Source: Mobula hypostoma | Lineage: Eukaryota | DNA: 64,000 nucleotides | NCBI RefSeq assembly: GCF_963921235.1 | Contig: NC_086097.1 | Span: 41,852,001-41,916,000 of the forward strand | Direction: 5' to 3' | Shown: piece after piece, positions 47,223 through 61,400 of the stretch | How the letters are laid out: every line of letters begins with the position of its first letter | How positions within the stretch are numbered: position 1 is the stretch's first letter | Made by a program: the position numbers and the translations under genes | The notes under the pieces: generated by a model | The model's input: the letters and a program-made list of their open reading frames with translations, nothing else | Databases searched by the model: none | What the model was told of the DNA's origin: nothing

Positions 47223-50200
47223 AAAAACTTAGAAACATAGAAAACCTACAGCACAATATATGCCCTTCAGCCCACAAAGCTATGCTGAACATGTACTTAC
47301 CTTAGAAATAACCTAGGCTTACCCATAGCCCTCTATTTTTCTAAGCTCCATATACCTGTCCAGGAGTCTCTTAAAAGACCCTATCGTATCTGCCTCCACC
47401 ACCGTTGCCAGCAGCCCATTCCACACACTCACCACTCTCTGCATAAAAAACTTACCCCTGACATCTCCTCTGTACCTACTTGCAAGCATCTTAAAACTGT
47501 GCCCTCTTGTGCTAGCCATTTCAGCCCTGGGAAAAAGACTCTGACTATCTACACAATCAATGCCTCTCATCCTCTCTATCAGGTCACCTCTCGTCCTCCA
47601 TTGCTCCAAGGAGAAAAGGCCTTCACTCAACCTTTTCTCATAAGGCATGCCCCCCAATCCAGGCGACATACTTTTAAATCTCCTCTGCACCCTTTCTATG
47701 GTTTCCACATACTTCCTGTAGTGAGGTGACCAGAACTGAGTACAGTATTCCAAGCGGGGTCTGACCAGGGTCCTATATAGCTGCAACATTACCTCTTGGC
47801 TCTTAAACTCAATCCCACGATTGATGAAGGCCAATGCACCGAATGCCTTCTTAACCACAGCATCAACCTGCGCAGCAGCTTTGAGTGTCCTATGGACTTG
47901 GACCCCAAGATCCTCTGATCCTCCACACTGCCACGAGTCTTACCATTAATACTATATTCTGCCATCATATTTGACCTACCAAAATGAACTACCTCACAAT
48001 TATCTGGGTTGAACTCCATCTGCCACTTCGCAGCCCAGTTTTGCATCCTATCAATGTCCCGCTGTAACCTCTGATAGCCCTTCCCACTATCCACAACACC
48101 CCCAACCTTTCTGTTTTCAGCAAATTTACTAACCCATCCCTCCACTTTCTCATCCAAATCATTTATAAAAAATCACGAAGAGTAAGGGTCCCAGAACAGA
48201 TCCCTGAGGCACTCCACTGGTGACAGACCTCCATTCAGGATATGACATGTCTACAACCACTCTTTGCCTTCTGTGGGCAGGCCAGTTCTGGATCCACAAA
48301 GCAATGTCCCCTTGGATCCCATGTCCCCTTACTTTCTCAATAAGCCTTGCATGGGGTACCTTATCAAATGCCTTGCTGAAATCCATATTCACTACATCTA
48401 CTGCTCTACCTTCATCAATGTGTTTAGTCACATCCTCAAAAAATTCAGTCAGGCTCATAGGCATGACCTGCCTTTGACAAAGCCATGCTGACTATTCCTA
48501 ATCATATTATGCCTCTCCAAATGTACATAAATCCTGCCTCTCAGGATCTTTTCCATCAACTTACCAATGGCTGAAGTAAGACTCACTGGTCTATAATTTC
48601 CTAGGCTACCTCTACTCCCTTTCTTGAATAGGAGAACAACATCCACAACCCTCCAATCCTCCTGAACCTCTCCCGTCCCCATTGACGATGCAAAGATCAT
48701 CACCAGAGGCTCAGCACTTTCCTCCCTCGCCTCCCACAGTAGCCTGGGGTGCATCTCATCCAGCCCCAGTGGCTTATCCAACTTGATGCTTTCCAAAAGC
48801 ACCTGCACATCCTCTTTCTTAATATCTACATGCTCAAGATTTTCAGTCTGCTGTAAGTCATCCCTACAATCGCCAAGATCCTTTCCCGTAGTGAATATTG
48901 AAACAAAGTACTCATTAAGTACCTCTGCTATCTCCTCCGGTTCTGAAGCACCTTCAATAACTCCAAAAGACTGAGGTTGGGTAAAATACTGAAAGGCTTT
49001 TATTCACTGTACAATACGACCTCCACGGTGAGTGTCTGCCCCGGAATGAGAGGTAGGGACAAGGCGAAACACCTTTATACAGGATTCTGTGGGAGGAGCC
49101 ACAGGGGCAGTCAGCAGAGGGGCGTGGCCAGACAGTTAACCCAGTTACAACAAATACATATGGTTTACCACAGGTTCCATACACACTTTTCCACTGTCAC
49201 ACTTGATTGGTCTTATTCTCTCATGTCTTATCCTCTTGCTCTTCACATACTTGTAGAATGCCTTGGGGTTTTCGCCAAGGTCTTCTCATGGCCCCTTCTG
49301 GCTCTCCTAATTTCATTCTTAAGTTCCTTCCTGCTAGACTTATAATCTTCTAGATCTCCATCATTACCTAGCTTTTTAAGCCTCTCATAAGCTCTTCTTT
49401 TCTTCTTGACTATATGTACAACAGCCTTTGTACACCTCGGTTCCTGTACCCTACCATCCTTTCTCTGTCTCATTGGAATGTACCAATGCAGAACTCTACA
49501 CAAATATCCCCTGAACATTTGCCACATTTCTGCCGTACATTTCCCTGAGAACTTCTGTTCCCAATTTATGCTTCCAAGATCCTGCCTGATAGCCTCATAT
49601 TTCCCCTTACTCCAATTAAACGCTTTCCTAACTTGTCTGTTCCTATCCCTCTCCAAAGCTATGGTAAAGTAGATGGAATTGTGATGACTATCTCCAAAAT
49701 GCATTCCCACTGAGAGACCTGACACCTGGCCAGGTTCATTTCCCAATACCAGATCAAGTACAGCCTCTCCTCTTGTAAGCTCATCTACATATTGTGTCAA
49801 GAAACCTTCCTGAACACACCTTGCAAACTCCAGCCCATCTAAACCCTTTGCTCTAATTTCCCAAATACCAATCAATATTTGGGAAATTGAAATCTCCCAC
49901 CACGACAACTCTGTTATTATTACACCTTTCCAGAATCGGTCTCCCTATCTGCTCCTCAATGCATCTGTTACTATTGGGTGGTCTATGAAAAACACCTAGT
50001 AGAGTTATTGACCCCTTCCTGTTTCTAACTTCCACCCACAGAGACACAATAGACAATCCCTTCATGACTTCCTCCTTTTCTGCAGCCGTGACTATTTTTG
50101 ATCAACAGTGCCATACCCCCACCTCTTTTGCCTCCCTCCCTGTCCTTTCTTAAACATCTAAAGCCTAGCACTCAATGTAACCATTCCTGCCCCTAAGCCA

Positions 50201-50440
50201 TCCAAGTCTCTGTAATGGCCACAACATCTTAGCTCCAGGTACTGATCCATGCTTTAAGCTCATCAGCTTTGTTCACAATACTCCTTGCACTAAAATGGAC
50301 ACATCTCAAACCATTGGTCTGAGCGCGTCCCTTCTCTATCACCTGCCTGTCTTTTCTCTCGTACTGTCTCCAAGCTTTCTCTATTTGTGAGCCAATCGCC
50401 TCCTCCTCATACTCTTCAGTTCGGTTCCCACCCCTCAATT
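47223..50440 (-). mobile_element. CR1 ORF2-length copy (same family as 3969-5679)
   Basis: Consecutive ORF2 pieces between 47319 and 50330; TSD TGTCAT at 47217-47222 and 50441-50446. Confidence 0.95.
48944..49172 (-). mobile_element. 229-bp solo LTR
   Basis: TG...CA termini; perfect 5-bp TSD GGTTC (48939-48943 and 49173-49177); TATAAA then AATAAA on the minus strand. Confidence 0.92.
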
Positions 50441-51264
50441 TGTCATCCACAAATTTTCTGATCCAGTTAATCAGAATCATTGATACAGATGACAAACAAC
50501 AAAGGGCCCAGCAGTGATCCCTATGGCACACCGCTAGTCTCAGGCCTCCAGTCAGAGAGGCAACACTCTACACTCACTCTCTGGCTTCTCACACAAAGCT
50601 GATGTCTCATCCAATTTACCACCTCATCCTGAATGTCGAGCAACTGAACCTTTTTGAGCAGCCTCCCATGTGGGACCTTGTCAAAAACCTTTCTAAAGCC
50701 CACATGGACAACATCCGCTACCTGGCCTTCATCAACTTTCCAGGAAACGTCCTTGAAAAACTATAAGATTGATTAGACATGACCTACCATACACAAATCC
50801 ACGCTGGGTATCCTTAATCAGTCTGCATCTATCCAAATACTTCTACGTCCAGTCCCTTAGAATACCTTCCAATGACTTTCAAACATCTGATGTCAGGTTC
50901 ACCGGCCTATGATTTTCTGGTTTCTGTTTAGAGCCTTGTTTAAACAGCAGAACAACACTGGCCATCCTCCAATCCTCTGGTACATCTCCTGTCACTACGA
51001 ATGTTTTAAATTATCTCTGCTAACTCCCCAGCAATTTCTGCATTTGCCTCCCATAGGGTCTGAGGAAACACCTTGCTAATCCCTGGGGATTTATTCATCC
51101 TAATTTGCCTCAGGGTAGCACTTCCATGTCCCAGGTAAATACAGATGCAAAGAATTCATGTACTGTAAAATCTCCCCCACCTGTTTTGGCTCTGCACATG
51201 GATTACTATTCTGGTCTCTCAGAGGACCAGCTTTGTCCTTTGCAAACCTTTTGCTCTTAACATC

Positions 51265-52077
51265 CAATAGGTTTCAATAGGTACATTTAATGTCAGAGAA
51301 TTGTATACAATATACATCCTGAAATTCTTCTTTGCATACATCCATGAAAACAGAGGAGTGCCCCAAGGAATGGATGACAGTTAAATGTTAGAATCCCAAA
51401 GCCCACCCAGCTCCCCCTCCCACGCATTAGCAGCAGCAGAACAATGACCCCCCCCACCCATCACCAGCAAAAATCATCGGCCTTCCCTACTGAGCACTCA
51501 AGCGTGCAGCAAAGCATCAATAAAGACACAGACTTGCAGTACACCAAAGACTACTCATTCACCCAGTATTCGACATACCACAGGCTCTCTAATAAGGGAA
51601 AAAGAGGTGTCCCCATTTCACAGTGAGAGGGGAGATATAACAAAGCAACTCACTGATTTATGCTGTTAAAAATCTGTTGCCTCGCTTCTTCCGAGCTCTG
51701 CGTCCAAAGGTGTCGGGTATCTGAGTACACAGCCAGCAGCCAGCTTGCTGCTTTCGGTCTTCCATCTCCCATGACGCATCAGGTAGTGGAGGTAGCGGTC
51801 TTGAATCCGCTCACCTCCAGAGCCACGAAAATCCAGCACCCTGAAGGCGCACTAGTCTTCCAAGCCATATCCTTGGCTTATCGAAAAACGGCCAGTTGTG
51901 AGGCCCCAAGAGCAGGTCCCATTTCCACAAAGAACTGAAGTCAGCAGGTAACTCCAGGTCAGGGTCTTCAAAAGAACTTTGAAAAGCACAAAAGGAGATA
52001 TCAAAGATACGAATAGAACTGTTTCTGAAAATGTAAGCAAAGGATTCGCCATAGGTACCATCATCCTCCTAAGCTCG
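51265..52077 (-). mobile_element. About 0.8-kb non-coding retroposon, copy 2
   Basis: Colinear with 20383-21199, sharing both ends. Confidence 0.8.
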
Positions 52078-52750
52078 CTGTAGAATCCCTAAGGATTCTC
52101 CTTCATCTTGCCTGCTAGAGCAACTTTATGCCTTCTTTTAGCCCTCCTGATTTCCTTCTTAGGTGTTTTTTTTTGTATTTCCTATACTACATAAGCATCT
52201 AAATTATTACTACTTGCCTATGCCTGCTATGTACCTCCTTTTTTAAAAAACCCAGGGCCTCAATATCTCTTGAAGACCAAGGTTCTCTACGCTTGGTATC
52301 TTTACCTTTTAATCTGAAGGCACATACAAGCTTTGTACTCTCAAAATTTCGCTTCTACAGGACTCCCACTTTCCAAGTACACACTTGCCAGAAAAGCAGC
52401 CTGTCCCAATCCACACTTGGCAGATCATTTTGGATACCATCAGAATTGGTCTTTCTCCAATTTAGAATCTCAACCTGTGGACCAGACCTATCTCTTTGCA
52501 TACTTACTCGGAAACTAATGGCATTGTGGTCACTGGATACAAAGTGTTCCCGTACACAAACTTTAGTCATCTGCCCTGCCTCATTTCCTTATAGCAGATC
52601 CAGTATCACATATTCTCTCACTGGGACTTCTACATACTGAAGGAAACATTCCTGAACACACTTGACAAATTCTACCCAATCAAGCCCTTTTACAGTATGG
52701 GATTCCCAGTCAATATGTTGAAAGCTAAAATCAACAACTATAACAAACGT

Positions 52751-53420
52751 ATTGATATATAGTTAACAATCTTATACAGAATCCTATCTGCAGGCTGAAA
52801 ATAAACAGGGAAGACATAAAACAAGTGCAGAACTTTTGCTACTTAGGAAGCTGGGTGATATCAGATGGCAGGTGCAACATGGACATCAGAAGAAGAATAG
52901 GGATGGCAAAAGACACCTTTACGAGAATGAAGAATATACTGACCAACACTAAACTAGGCATGACAACCTGCCTCAGAGTACTGAAATGTTACGTTTATCC
53001 AGTTATGTTACATGGATCAGAATGTTGGACAATATCTAGTTACATGAGGAAATGAATTGAAGCAGCAGAGATGTGGTTTTTGAGGAAGATGCAAAGAATA
53101 TCATGGACAAAACAAATATCTGATGAGGATGTCATGAACAGCGCAAGCACAAAAAGAGAAATAATGTATGAAATCATGAAAAGGCAACGTAACTTCATTG
53201 GACATGTGATTAAGAAAGAGGAGTTAGAATGCACAGTAATTATGGGAAAGATTGAAGGAAAGAAAGCAAAAGGAAGACAAAGACAAATGATGATGGAGAC
53301 AGCAGCCAGAGAACTGGAAATGAATACCAATGAATTGATCCACTTGACCCAAAACAGGAGTGTGTGGGCCATGGCAGTCAAAGCTCAAACTGGGCACGTC
53401 ACCTGATGATGATGATGATG
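52751..53420 (+). mobile_element. RTE (BovB-like) LINE 3' fragment
   Basis: FCYLGS...DIRRRIGMAK; YPVMLHGSECWT; EMWFLR; GKIEGKKAKGRQR; (TGA)n tail. Imperfect TSD ATAACAAAC / ATAACGAAC. Confidence 0.9.
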
Positions 53421-55095
53421 ATAACGAACTTCCGTTTCTTGCAACAATCTGAGATCTCCTTACAAATTTGTTCCACTAAATCCGTAGGACTGTTGTGTGG
53501 TCTGTAATATAGCCCCATTAACATGGTCATATCTTTCTTATTTCTCATTTCCATCAATAATGCCTCACTAGTCGAATTCTCCAGTCTGTCCTGACTGAGC
53601 ACTGCTGTGACATTTTCCTTGACTAGTATCGCCAATTCCTCCTCCTTTAAACCCTCATGCTCTGCAATGTCTAAAACAACAAAACCCCGGAATACTGAGC
53701 TGCCAGTCCTGCCCCTCCTGCAGATATCTCACTAGTGGCTATAATTCCAGGTGTTTGTCCATCCGCCTTTCCTACAATACTTCTTGCATTGAAATACAGG
53801 CAGCTCAAGACACTAGTCACACCAGGATCAACCTTATGATTTCTGACTTTGTCTGAAGTCTTACCAACATCTGCTTCCACAACCTCTTCACTAACTGTTC
53901 TGACACTGTGGTTCCCATCCCACTGTGCAATATTAACAAATCTTCCTGCTAAGATACTAGTCCCCTTCCAGGTGTTAACCATCTCTTCTCCACTTTTCCA
54001 CCTTTCCTGGAAGAGAACCCAATGATCCAAAAATCTTATGCTATCCCTTCTACACCAACTCCTTAGTCATGTATTAAACTGCATAATCTTCATTGTTCTG
54101 GCCTTACTAGCATGTGGCACGGGTAGCAATCCTGAGATCACAACCCTGGAGGTTCTGCCGTTTAACTTAGCACCTAACTCCCTGAACTCCCCATGCAGAA
54201 CCTTGTTACTCATCCTACCCATGTCACTGATGCCTACATGGACCATGACTTCTGGCTGCTCACCCTCCCACCTAGACTGTTGTGGACTCGATCCAAAATA
54301 TCCTGGGCCCTGGCACCCAGGAGGCAACATACCAGTTGGCAGTCTCATTGTCGCCCACAGAACCTCCTGTCCATTCCTGTAACTAACAAATTCCCTATCA
54401 CCACATTGTGCCCTCTTCTGCCACTTCCCTTCTGAGTCACAGAAGTAGACTCAGTGCCAAAGACCCGACTACTGTGACTTTCCTCTGTTAGGTCAACTCC
54501 CTTCCAACAGTATAAAAAGTGATATACCAGTTGTTGAGGGGGCTGGCCACAGGAGTACTCTGTACCGGCTCCTTAACCTCTTTCCCCTTCCTGACTGTCA
54601 CCCAGTTCCCTGTGTCCTGCACGTTAGGTGTAACTACCTCTCTATACCTCTCTTAACGTTCTCACAGTTGTAGTCGTCAGGGACACTGAGTGTCTCCCTG
54701 CCTTCCCACATTCTGCAAGTACGTTCAACTATCCTGTTTGATATCTCTACTGTCCTAGCTGAGCAGGTATAAATAAGAGAAGGGAAAAAAAACTTAACCT
54801 AGAGCTTTTCTTTTCTTTTATTTTTCTGACTGAAGCCTCTCTTCACTGAAGCCTCAAGATCCCCACTCTGACTCTGTCCACTCAGATGATGGTCACTGCA
54901 CCTGCCCCTGCCTTACTTAAATTTGCTCTTCCTAATCAATCTCAAACACCAATTCATTGCTGGTCAGAGCTCCAGTATGCTGGCACAACTCGCTGCTGCC
55001 TTTTTCTACTTGGGCAGTGGACCTGACTGAAATCCTCTCCTCTCAAACTTCAGATGACCGGATTTGTCGCTGGCCAAAGCTCTAAAATTTATGAT

Positions 55096-56862
55096 GGAAA
55101 CTTACTGTAATATAAAAACTTCTTCTGTATTATTGGCTAGCTTACCTTTATGTTTCATCTTTTCTCTCCTTATGGCTTTCTTACTTCCTCCTGTTGGTTT
55201 TTAAAAGCCTCTCAATCCTCTAACTTCCCACAAAATGTTGTTTTTATTTTATGCCCCCACTTTTGCTTTCTTGCTGGTTTTCACTTCCCTTATCAGCGAC
55301 TGTTGCATGATCCATGCTTTAGAATAGTTCCTCATCTTCAGCATGTATCTATTCTACACCTTCCGAATTCCTCCAAGAAATTTCAGCTGTTGCTGTTCTG
55401 GTGTTATCCCTGTTAGTGTCACCTTCCAATTAACTTTGACCAACTCCTATCTTATAGTTCTGTAATTCACTTTACTCCACTGTAATACTGCTACATCTGA
55501 CTTTAGCTTCTCCATTTGAAACTGCAGGATGAATTCTATCACATTAGGATCACTGACTCCGATGGGTTCCTTTATCTAAAGCTTCATATTGAAATCTGGT
55601 TCATTGCACAACATCCAGTCCAGAATTGCCTTTCCACAGGATGCTCTAAAAAGCCATCTCATAGATATTCTACAAATTCCCTCTCTTGGGATCGAGCATC
55701 AACTTGATTTTTCCAAATCCCCAATGATTATTGTAACATTGCCCTCTCTACATGCCTTTTCTGACTCTCATTGAAATTTATATCCCACATTCTGGCTACC
55801 GTATATAACTTTCATCAGGTGTTTTTACCTTTGCAGTTTTTAAACTCTACTCACAAGGATTCAACTTCTCCTAATCCCATGACACCTCATTCTAAGGATT
55901 TGATTTTATTTTTAACCAATAGAGCTACCTCAACCCCTCTGCCTACCTGCCTGTCCTTTTGATACAATGTGTATCCTTGGAGGTTCAGCTCCCAAGTATG
56001 ATCTTCTTTCAGCTTTCTCTCAGTTATGCTGACAATGTTATACCAATCTCTAACTGGACTACAAGATCATCGACCTTATTCTGTGTACCGTGTGCATTCA
56101 AATATAACACCTTCAGTCCTGTATTCATCATCCTTTTCAATTTTGCCCCCATGTTACACTTCAACTTATCCCACTGACTGCAATTTTTCCCTATTTTCTG
56201 CCTGTCCTTCCTCACTACAAGGTGCATCTACCTGTATACCTGTGATCTGGTCAGGTCACTCGTCTGAGTGCTACTGGTACCATGTAACCCAGTACTACCT
56301 GTCGCATGGTTGGGTGGTCGGCAATAAACCGGCTCCCCCACCAGGCTTGCCTGGTGAGGAGGATGGCTAGACACGCTGCAGGACAAAAAATGAGACCTGT
56401 CAAAGGGCGGATGAACCCTCTCATAGGGTCAACGGCCATCTAGCAAACAGGTGCTGTGAAGCACGGAAAGGGCATCCCTTGCATCGAAGTCTGGTCTGGC
56501 CATTCACTGCAATAGAACTTCCCCCAGCCATCTTGGACCCCACCATGCCGCTGGATCCGGGAGGGGATGTCGAGAGGGTGGGTCTGGACCTGTGCAACCC
56601 CTTAGTCACCTAAAATCCACTCATGCACACGCTGTTCCTTTCTGCGGAGTGGGGTACCACCCCACTAACTGACTGAAAGGAACCATCATCATCCTATGGG
56701 ATAGATAGCCAGAGAGAGAGAGAGAGAGAGAGACTTGTATACCAACTGCTCCATCTTCATCCCTATCACTCTAGTTCCCATCCCATGTCAGCTGAGTATA
56801 AACTCTCTCCAACATGACTAGCAAACCTGCCTGCAAAGATATTAGTTCCCCCCGATTCATTG
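55096..56862 (-). mobile_element. CR1 endonuclease-region remnant
   Basis: LKVLYLNAHGTQNKVDDL (56024..56227); interrupted at 56241-56732. Confidence 0.8.
56241..56732 (+). mobile_element. 492-bp non-coding retroposon with an (AG)n tail
   Basis: TSD ACCTGTATACC (56230-56240) and ACTTGTATACC (56733-56743); GC-rich body; no recognisable ORF. Confidence 0.8.
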
Positions 56863-56869
56863 CTAATCA

Positions 56870-58414
56870 AAAGTCAAAATTTCAAGCTTTGCAGATTTGC
56901 AGTTAACAAAATACACTTTGATAAAGTGCCGTATCAAAGGTTGTAGAAAACTAAAGTTCACAGGGCAAGAGGTAAAATTTTGGTTTAGATAAAAAGATTG
57001 GTTGACTAGCAGGAAACTGAGTAGGCATATGTGGTTCTGATTGGCTGGCAAGATGTAGTGAGTAATATACTTACAGTGATTTGTTCCGTGTGCTCAACCT
57101 TTTACAATTTATATAAATGAATGAAGACAATAAAAATGTAGTTAAATTTGCTGATGATACAAAAATGCAGGCTGTAAAGATGACAAAAGGAGATTACAAA
57201 AGTAAATCAAGCCACTGGGTTAATCTCGCAAATGGAATATAATGTGGGAATGCATGAAACTGATCACTTTGGAAGGAAAAATATGGTGAAAGGCTGCAGA
57301 TGTCCGAGGTGCAAAGAGATCTTTGTGTCCTATTGTATGATTCATAGAATGTTGGTATGCAGGTAGAGCAAGTAACTAGGAATACCAACAGAATGCTATT
57401 ATCTATTGCTAAAGAAACTGATACAAAATGATGTTTAAGCACTGGCTATATTATGGTATTGGTGGAGTGATGTGTACGGCACTAGTCTTCCTATTTAAAG
57501 AAGGATGTCAGCGCATTGTAAACAGCTCAGAGGTGTACTAAACTGACACCTGGAATGAGTGAGTTATACTATAAGGGAAAGTTGGGCAGGCTAGGCTTGG
57601 AGCTTAGAACAATGACAGGAGACTTTATTGAAACATACAAGATCCTGGATAGTCTTGACAAAGTAAATATGGAAACAGATATGTCTAGTCCGTGGATTGA
57701 GACTCTAACTTAAGAGAAAGGCCAATTTTGATGGTATCAGAAAGGACCTGGCAAATGTGAACTGGAACTGGCTGTTTTCTAGCAAAGATGTACTTGGTAA
57801 GTGGGAAGCCTTCAAAAGTGAAATTTTGAGAGTACAAAGCTTATATGTGCCTGTCAGAATAAAAGGTAAAAATAACAGGTTTGAGAAATGTTGGTTTTCA
57901 ATAGATATTGAGGCTCTGGTTATGAATAAAAGGAGGTGCATAGCAGGTGTAGGCAGGTTGGAGCAAATGAGGTGATAGTGGAGCATAAGAAATGCAAGGG
58001 AACACTTAAAGATATCGAGAGGGCTAAAAGAAGGGATGAGATTGCCCTTTACTGAGGAGATGGACACAGAGTCTATAGAGTGAGGCAAAGTGCAATCAAC
58101 TTCATGGATCCTATACAAATTACAGAGGAGGGGTTTCTATATGAGGCAACTTAGGGTGGATAAATACCAGGGCCTGACAAGGTGTTCCTTGGACCCTGTG
58201 AGAGGCAAGTGCAGAAATTGCCCTATCAGAGATACTTAAATCATCTTTGACAATAAATCAGGGAAAATATAGGCCAGTGAGCCTGACATCAGTAGTTAGA
58301 AGATATTTTAAGAGACTCGATATATGAGTATTTGGATAGACATGCACTGATTAGGGAAAATCAGCATGGCTAGATAAGGTGGTAGGTCGTGTCTAGCCAA
58401 TCTTGAAGAGTTTT
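56870..58414 (+). mobile_element. Two decayed plus-strand CR1 fragments
   Basis: FDKVP and KFADDTK near 56915-57165; linker GKWEAFKSEILRVQ (57757..57975). Confidence 0.75.
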
Positions 58415-61400
58415 AGACCATAAGACATAGGAACTGAATTAGGACATTTGGCCCATTGAGACTGCTCCACCGTTTCATCATGGCTGATCCAATTTTCCCC
58501 TCAGTTCCAATCTCCTGCCTTCTCCCAAAACCCTCCATTCCCTGACCAATCAAGAATCTATCAACCTCTGTCTTCAATATACATAAAGACGGCTGAAACA
58601 GCTGCCTGTGGCAAATAATTCCACAGATTCACTATTCTCTGGGTAAAGAAATTCCTCCACATCTCCATTCTAAAAGGATACCCCTCTATTTTGAGCCTTG
58701 TCTTTTGGTCTTAGACTCCTCCACCATAGGAGACATCCTCTCCACATCCACTCCATCAAGGCTTTTCACCATTCGATAGGTTTCAATGAAGTTACTGCTC
58801 ATTCTTCTGAATTCTAGTGAATACAGCCCCAAGCCATCAAATGCTCTTCATATGACAAGCCGTTCAAACTTGGAATAATTTTCGTGAATCTCCTTTGAAC
58901 CCTCTCCAGTTTCAGCACACGCTTTCTCAGAAAATGGGCATAAAACTGCTCACGTACTCCAAGTGAGGCCTCACCAGTACTTTATAATGTCTCATCTATA
59001 TATCCCTGCTTTTGTATTCTAGTCAGAACATAGAAATTTACAGCACATTACAGGCCCCTCATCCCATAATGTTGTGCCATCCACTAACCTACTTTAGATA
59101 CTGCCCAGAATTTTCCCAGCACATCCCCTTCTATTTTTCTAAGCTCCATGTACCTATCTAAGAGTCTTTTAAAAGACCCAATTGTATCCGCTTCCACCAC
59201 TGCCACCGGCAGTGCATTCCACACATACACACTTCTGTGTGAAAAGCTTACTCCTGACATCCACTCAGTATCTATTTCCGAGCACCTTAAAATTATGCCC
59301 ACTCATATTAGCCATTTCAGCCCTGTGAAAAAGCCTCTGACTATCCACACGATTAATGCCTCTCATCATCTTATAAACCTCTCTCAGATCACCTCTCATC
59401 CTCTGTCACTCCAAGGAGTAAAGGCCAAGTACACTCAACCTATTCTCATAATACATCTTCCAATCCAGACAACATCCTTCTAAATCTCCTCTGCACTCTC
59501 TCTATAGTATCCACATCCTTCCTGTAGTGAAGTGACCAGAACTGAACATGGTACTCCACGCAGGGTCTAACTTAGGTCTTATATAGCTGTAACATTACCT
59601 CACGGATCTTGAACTCAATCCCATGGTTGATGAAGGCCGATACACCATATGCCTTCTTAACCACACAGTCAACCTGTGCAGCAGCTGTGAGTGTCCTATC
59701 GACATGGACCCCAACGTCTCGGATCCTCCACACCGCCTTACCATTTATATTGTATTCTGTCTTCAAATTGGGCCTACCGAAATGAACCACTTCACTCTTA
59801 TCTGGGTTGAAGTCCATCTACTTATCCCTGCAGAACACCACTGGTCACCAACTTCCATGCAGAATACAAATCATCTACAACTACCCTTTGCCTTCTGTGG
59901 GCAAGCCAATTCTGGATCCACAAAGCAAGGTCTCCTTGGATCCCATTCCTCCTTAATTTCTGTAGGAGCCTTGCATGAAGAACCTTATCAAATGCCTTGC
60001 TAAAATCCATATACACTACATCCACTACTCTACCTTCATCAATGTGTTTTGCTACATCCTCAAAGAATTCAATCAGGCTCATAAGGCATAACCTGCCCTT
60101 GACAAAGCCATGCTGACAATTACTATTCAGATTATATCTCTCCAAATGCTCATAAATCCTGCCTCTCAGGATCTTCTACACCAACTTTCTCACCACTGAA
60201 GTCAGACTCACTAGTCTATAATTTCCTGGGTTATCTCTACTTCCTTTCTTGAACAAGGAAACAACATTTGCAACCGTCCAATCCTCCAGTACTTCTCCCG
60301 TCCCTATTGATGATGCAAAGATCATTGCAAGAGGCTCTGCAATCTCCTCCCTTGCTTCTCACAGTAGCTTGGGGTATATCTCATCCAGTCCTGGTGACTT
60401 GTCTAACTTAATGCTCCAGCACATCCTCTTTCTTAATATCTATATGCTCAAGTGGTTCAGTCCGCTGTAAGTCATCCCCTCAATTGCCAAGGTCTTTCTT
60501 CCTGGTGAATACTGAAGCAAAGTATTCATTAAGTACCTCCGCTACCTCCTCCAACTCCATGCACACGTTTCCACTCTCACTCCTGATTGGTCCTGTTCTC
60601 ACATGGCTCATCCTTTTGCTCTTCACTTACTTGTGGAATGCTTTGAGGTTTTCCTTAATCCTGCTCACCAAGGCCTTCTCATGGCCCCTTCTTGTTCTCC
60701 TAACTCCATTCTTAAGCTCCTTCCTAGCAACCTTGTAATTTGCTAGAGCTCTAATAGTACCTAGTTTCTTGAACCTTTCATAAGCTTTTCTTTTCTTAAC
60801 TAGATTTTCTACATCCTTTGTACACTATGGTTCTTTCCATCTCCCACCACGACAATCCTGTTATTATTACTCCTTTCCAGAATCTGTCTCCCTATCTGCC
60901 CCTCGATATGCCTGTTACTATTGGGGGATCTATATAAAAAAAAACACCCAGTAGAGTTATTGCCCCTTTCCTGTTTCTGACTTCCACCCACACTGGCTCA
61001 GTAGACAATCCCTCCATGACTTCCTCTTTTTCTGCAGCCGTGACACCATCCGTAACTAGCAATGCCATGCTCCCCACCTCTTTTGTCTCCCTCTCTGTTC
61101 TTTTTGAAACATTTAAAGCCTGGCACAATCAGCAGCCATTCCTGCTCCTGAGACATCCAAGTCTCTGTAACGGCCACAACATCACAGTTCCACATATTGA
61201 TCCACACTCTAAGTTCATCCGCTCTAATTTTCTTCTTAAAAAGAATGCTAACATTGCACTTGCCTTTTTCACCATCGACTCAACCTGCAAATTAATCTTT
61301 AGGGAATCCTGCACATGCGCTCCGAAGTCCCTTTGCACCCAGTTTTTTGTATTTTAATTCCATTTAGAAACTATTTAACCCTTTCATTTCTTCTACCAAA

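Larger units (their letters stand above)
46325..55095 (-). mobile_element. Full-length but decayed CR1 with nested insertions
   Basis: 3' end at 46325-47222; RT 50441-51260; linker and EN 52078-52750 and 53421-53900; ORF1 esterase (54067..54348, VMVHVGISD...VVISGLLP); 5' UTR to about 55095. Confidence 0.85.

Noticed and set aside
56711..56733. (AG)n and other microsatellites such as (TGA)n at 53404 and (CATAGAA)n at 61585
   Set aside because: These are retroposon 3' tails, not independent features.
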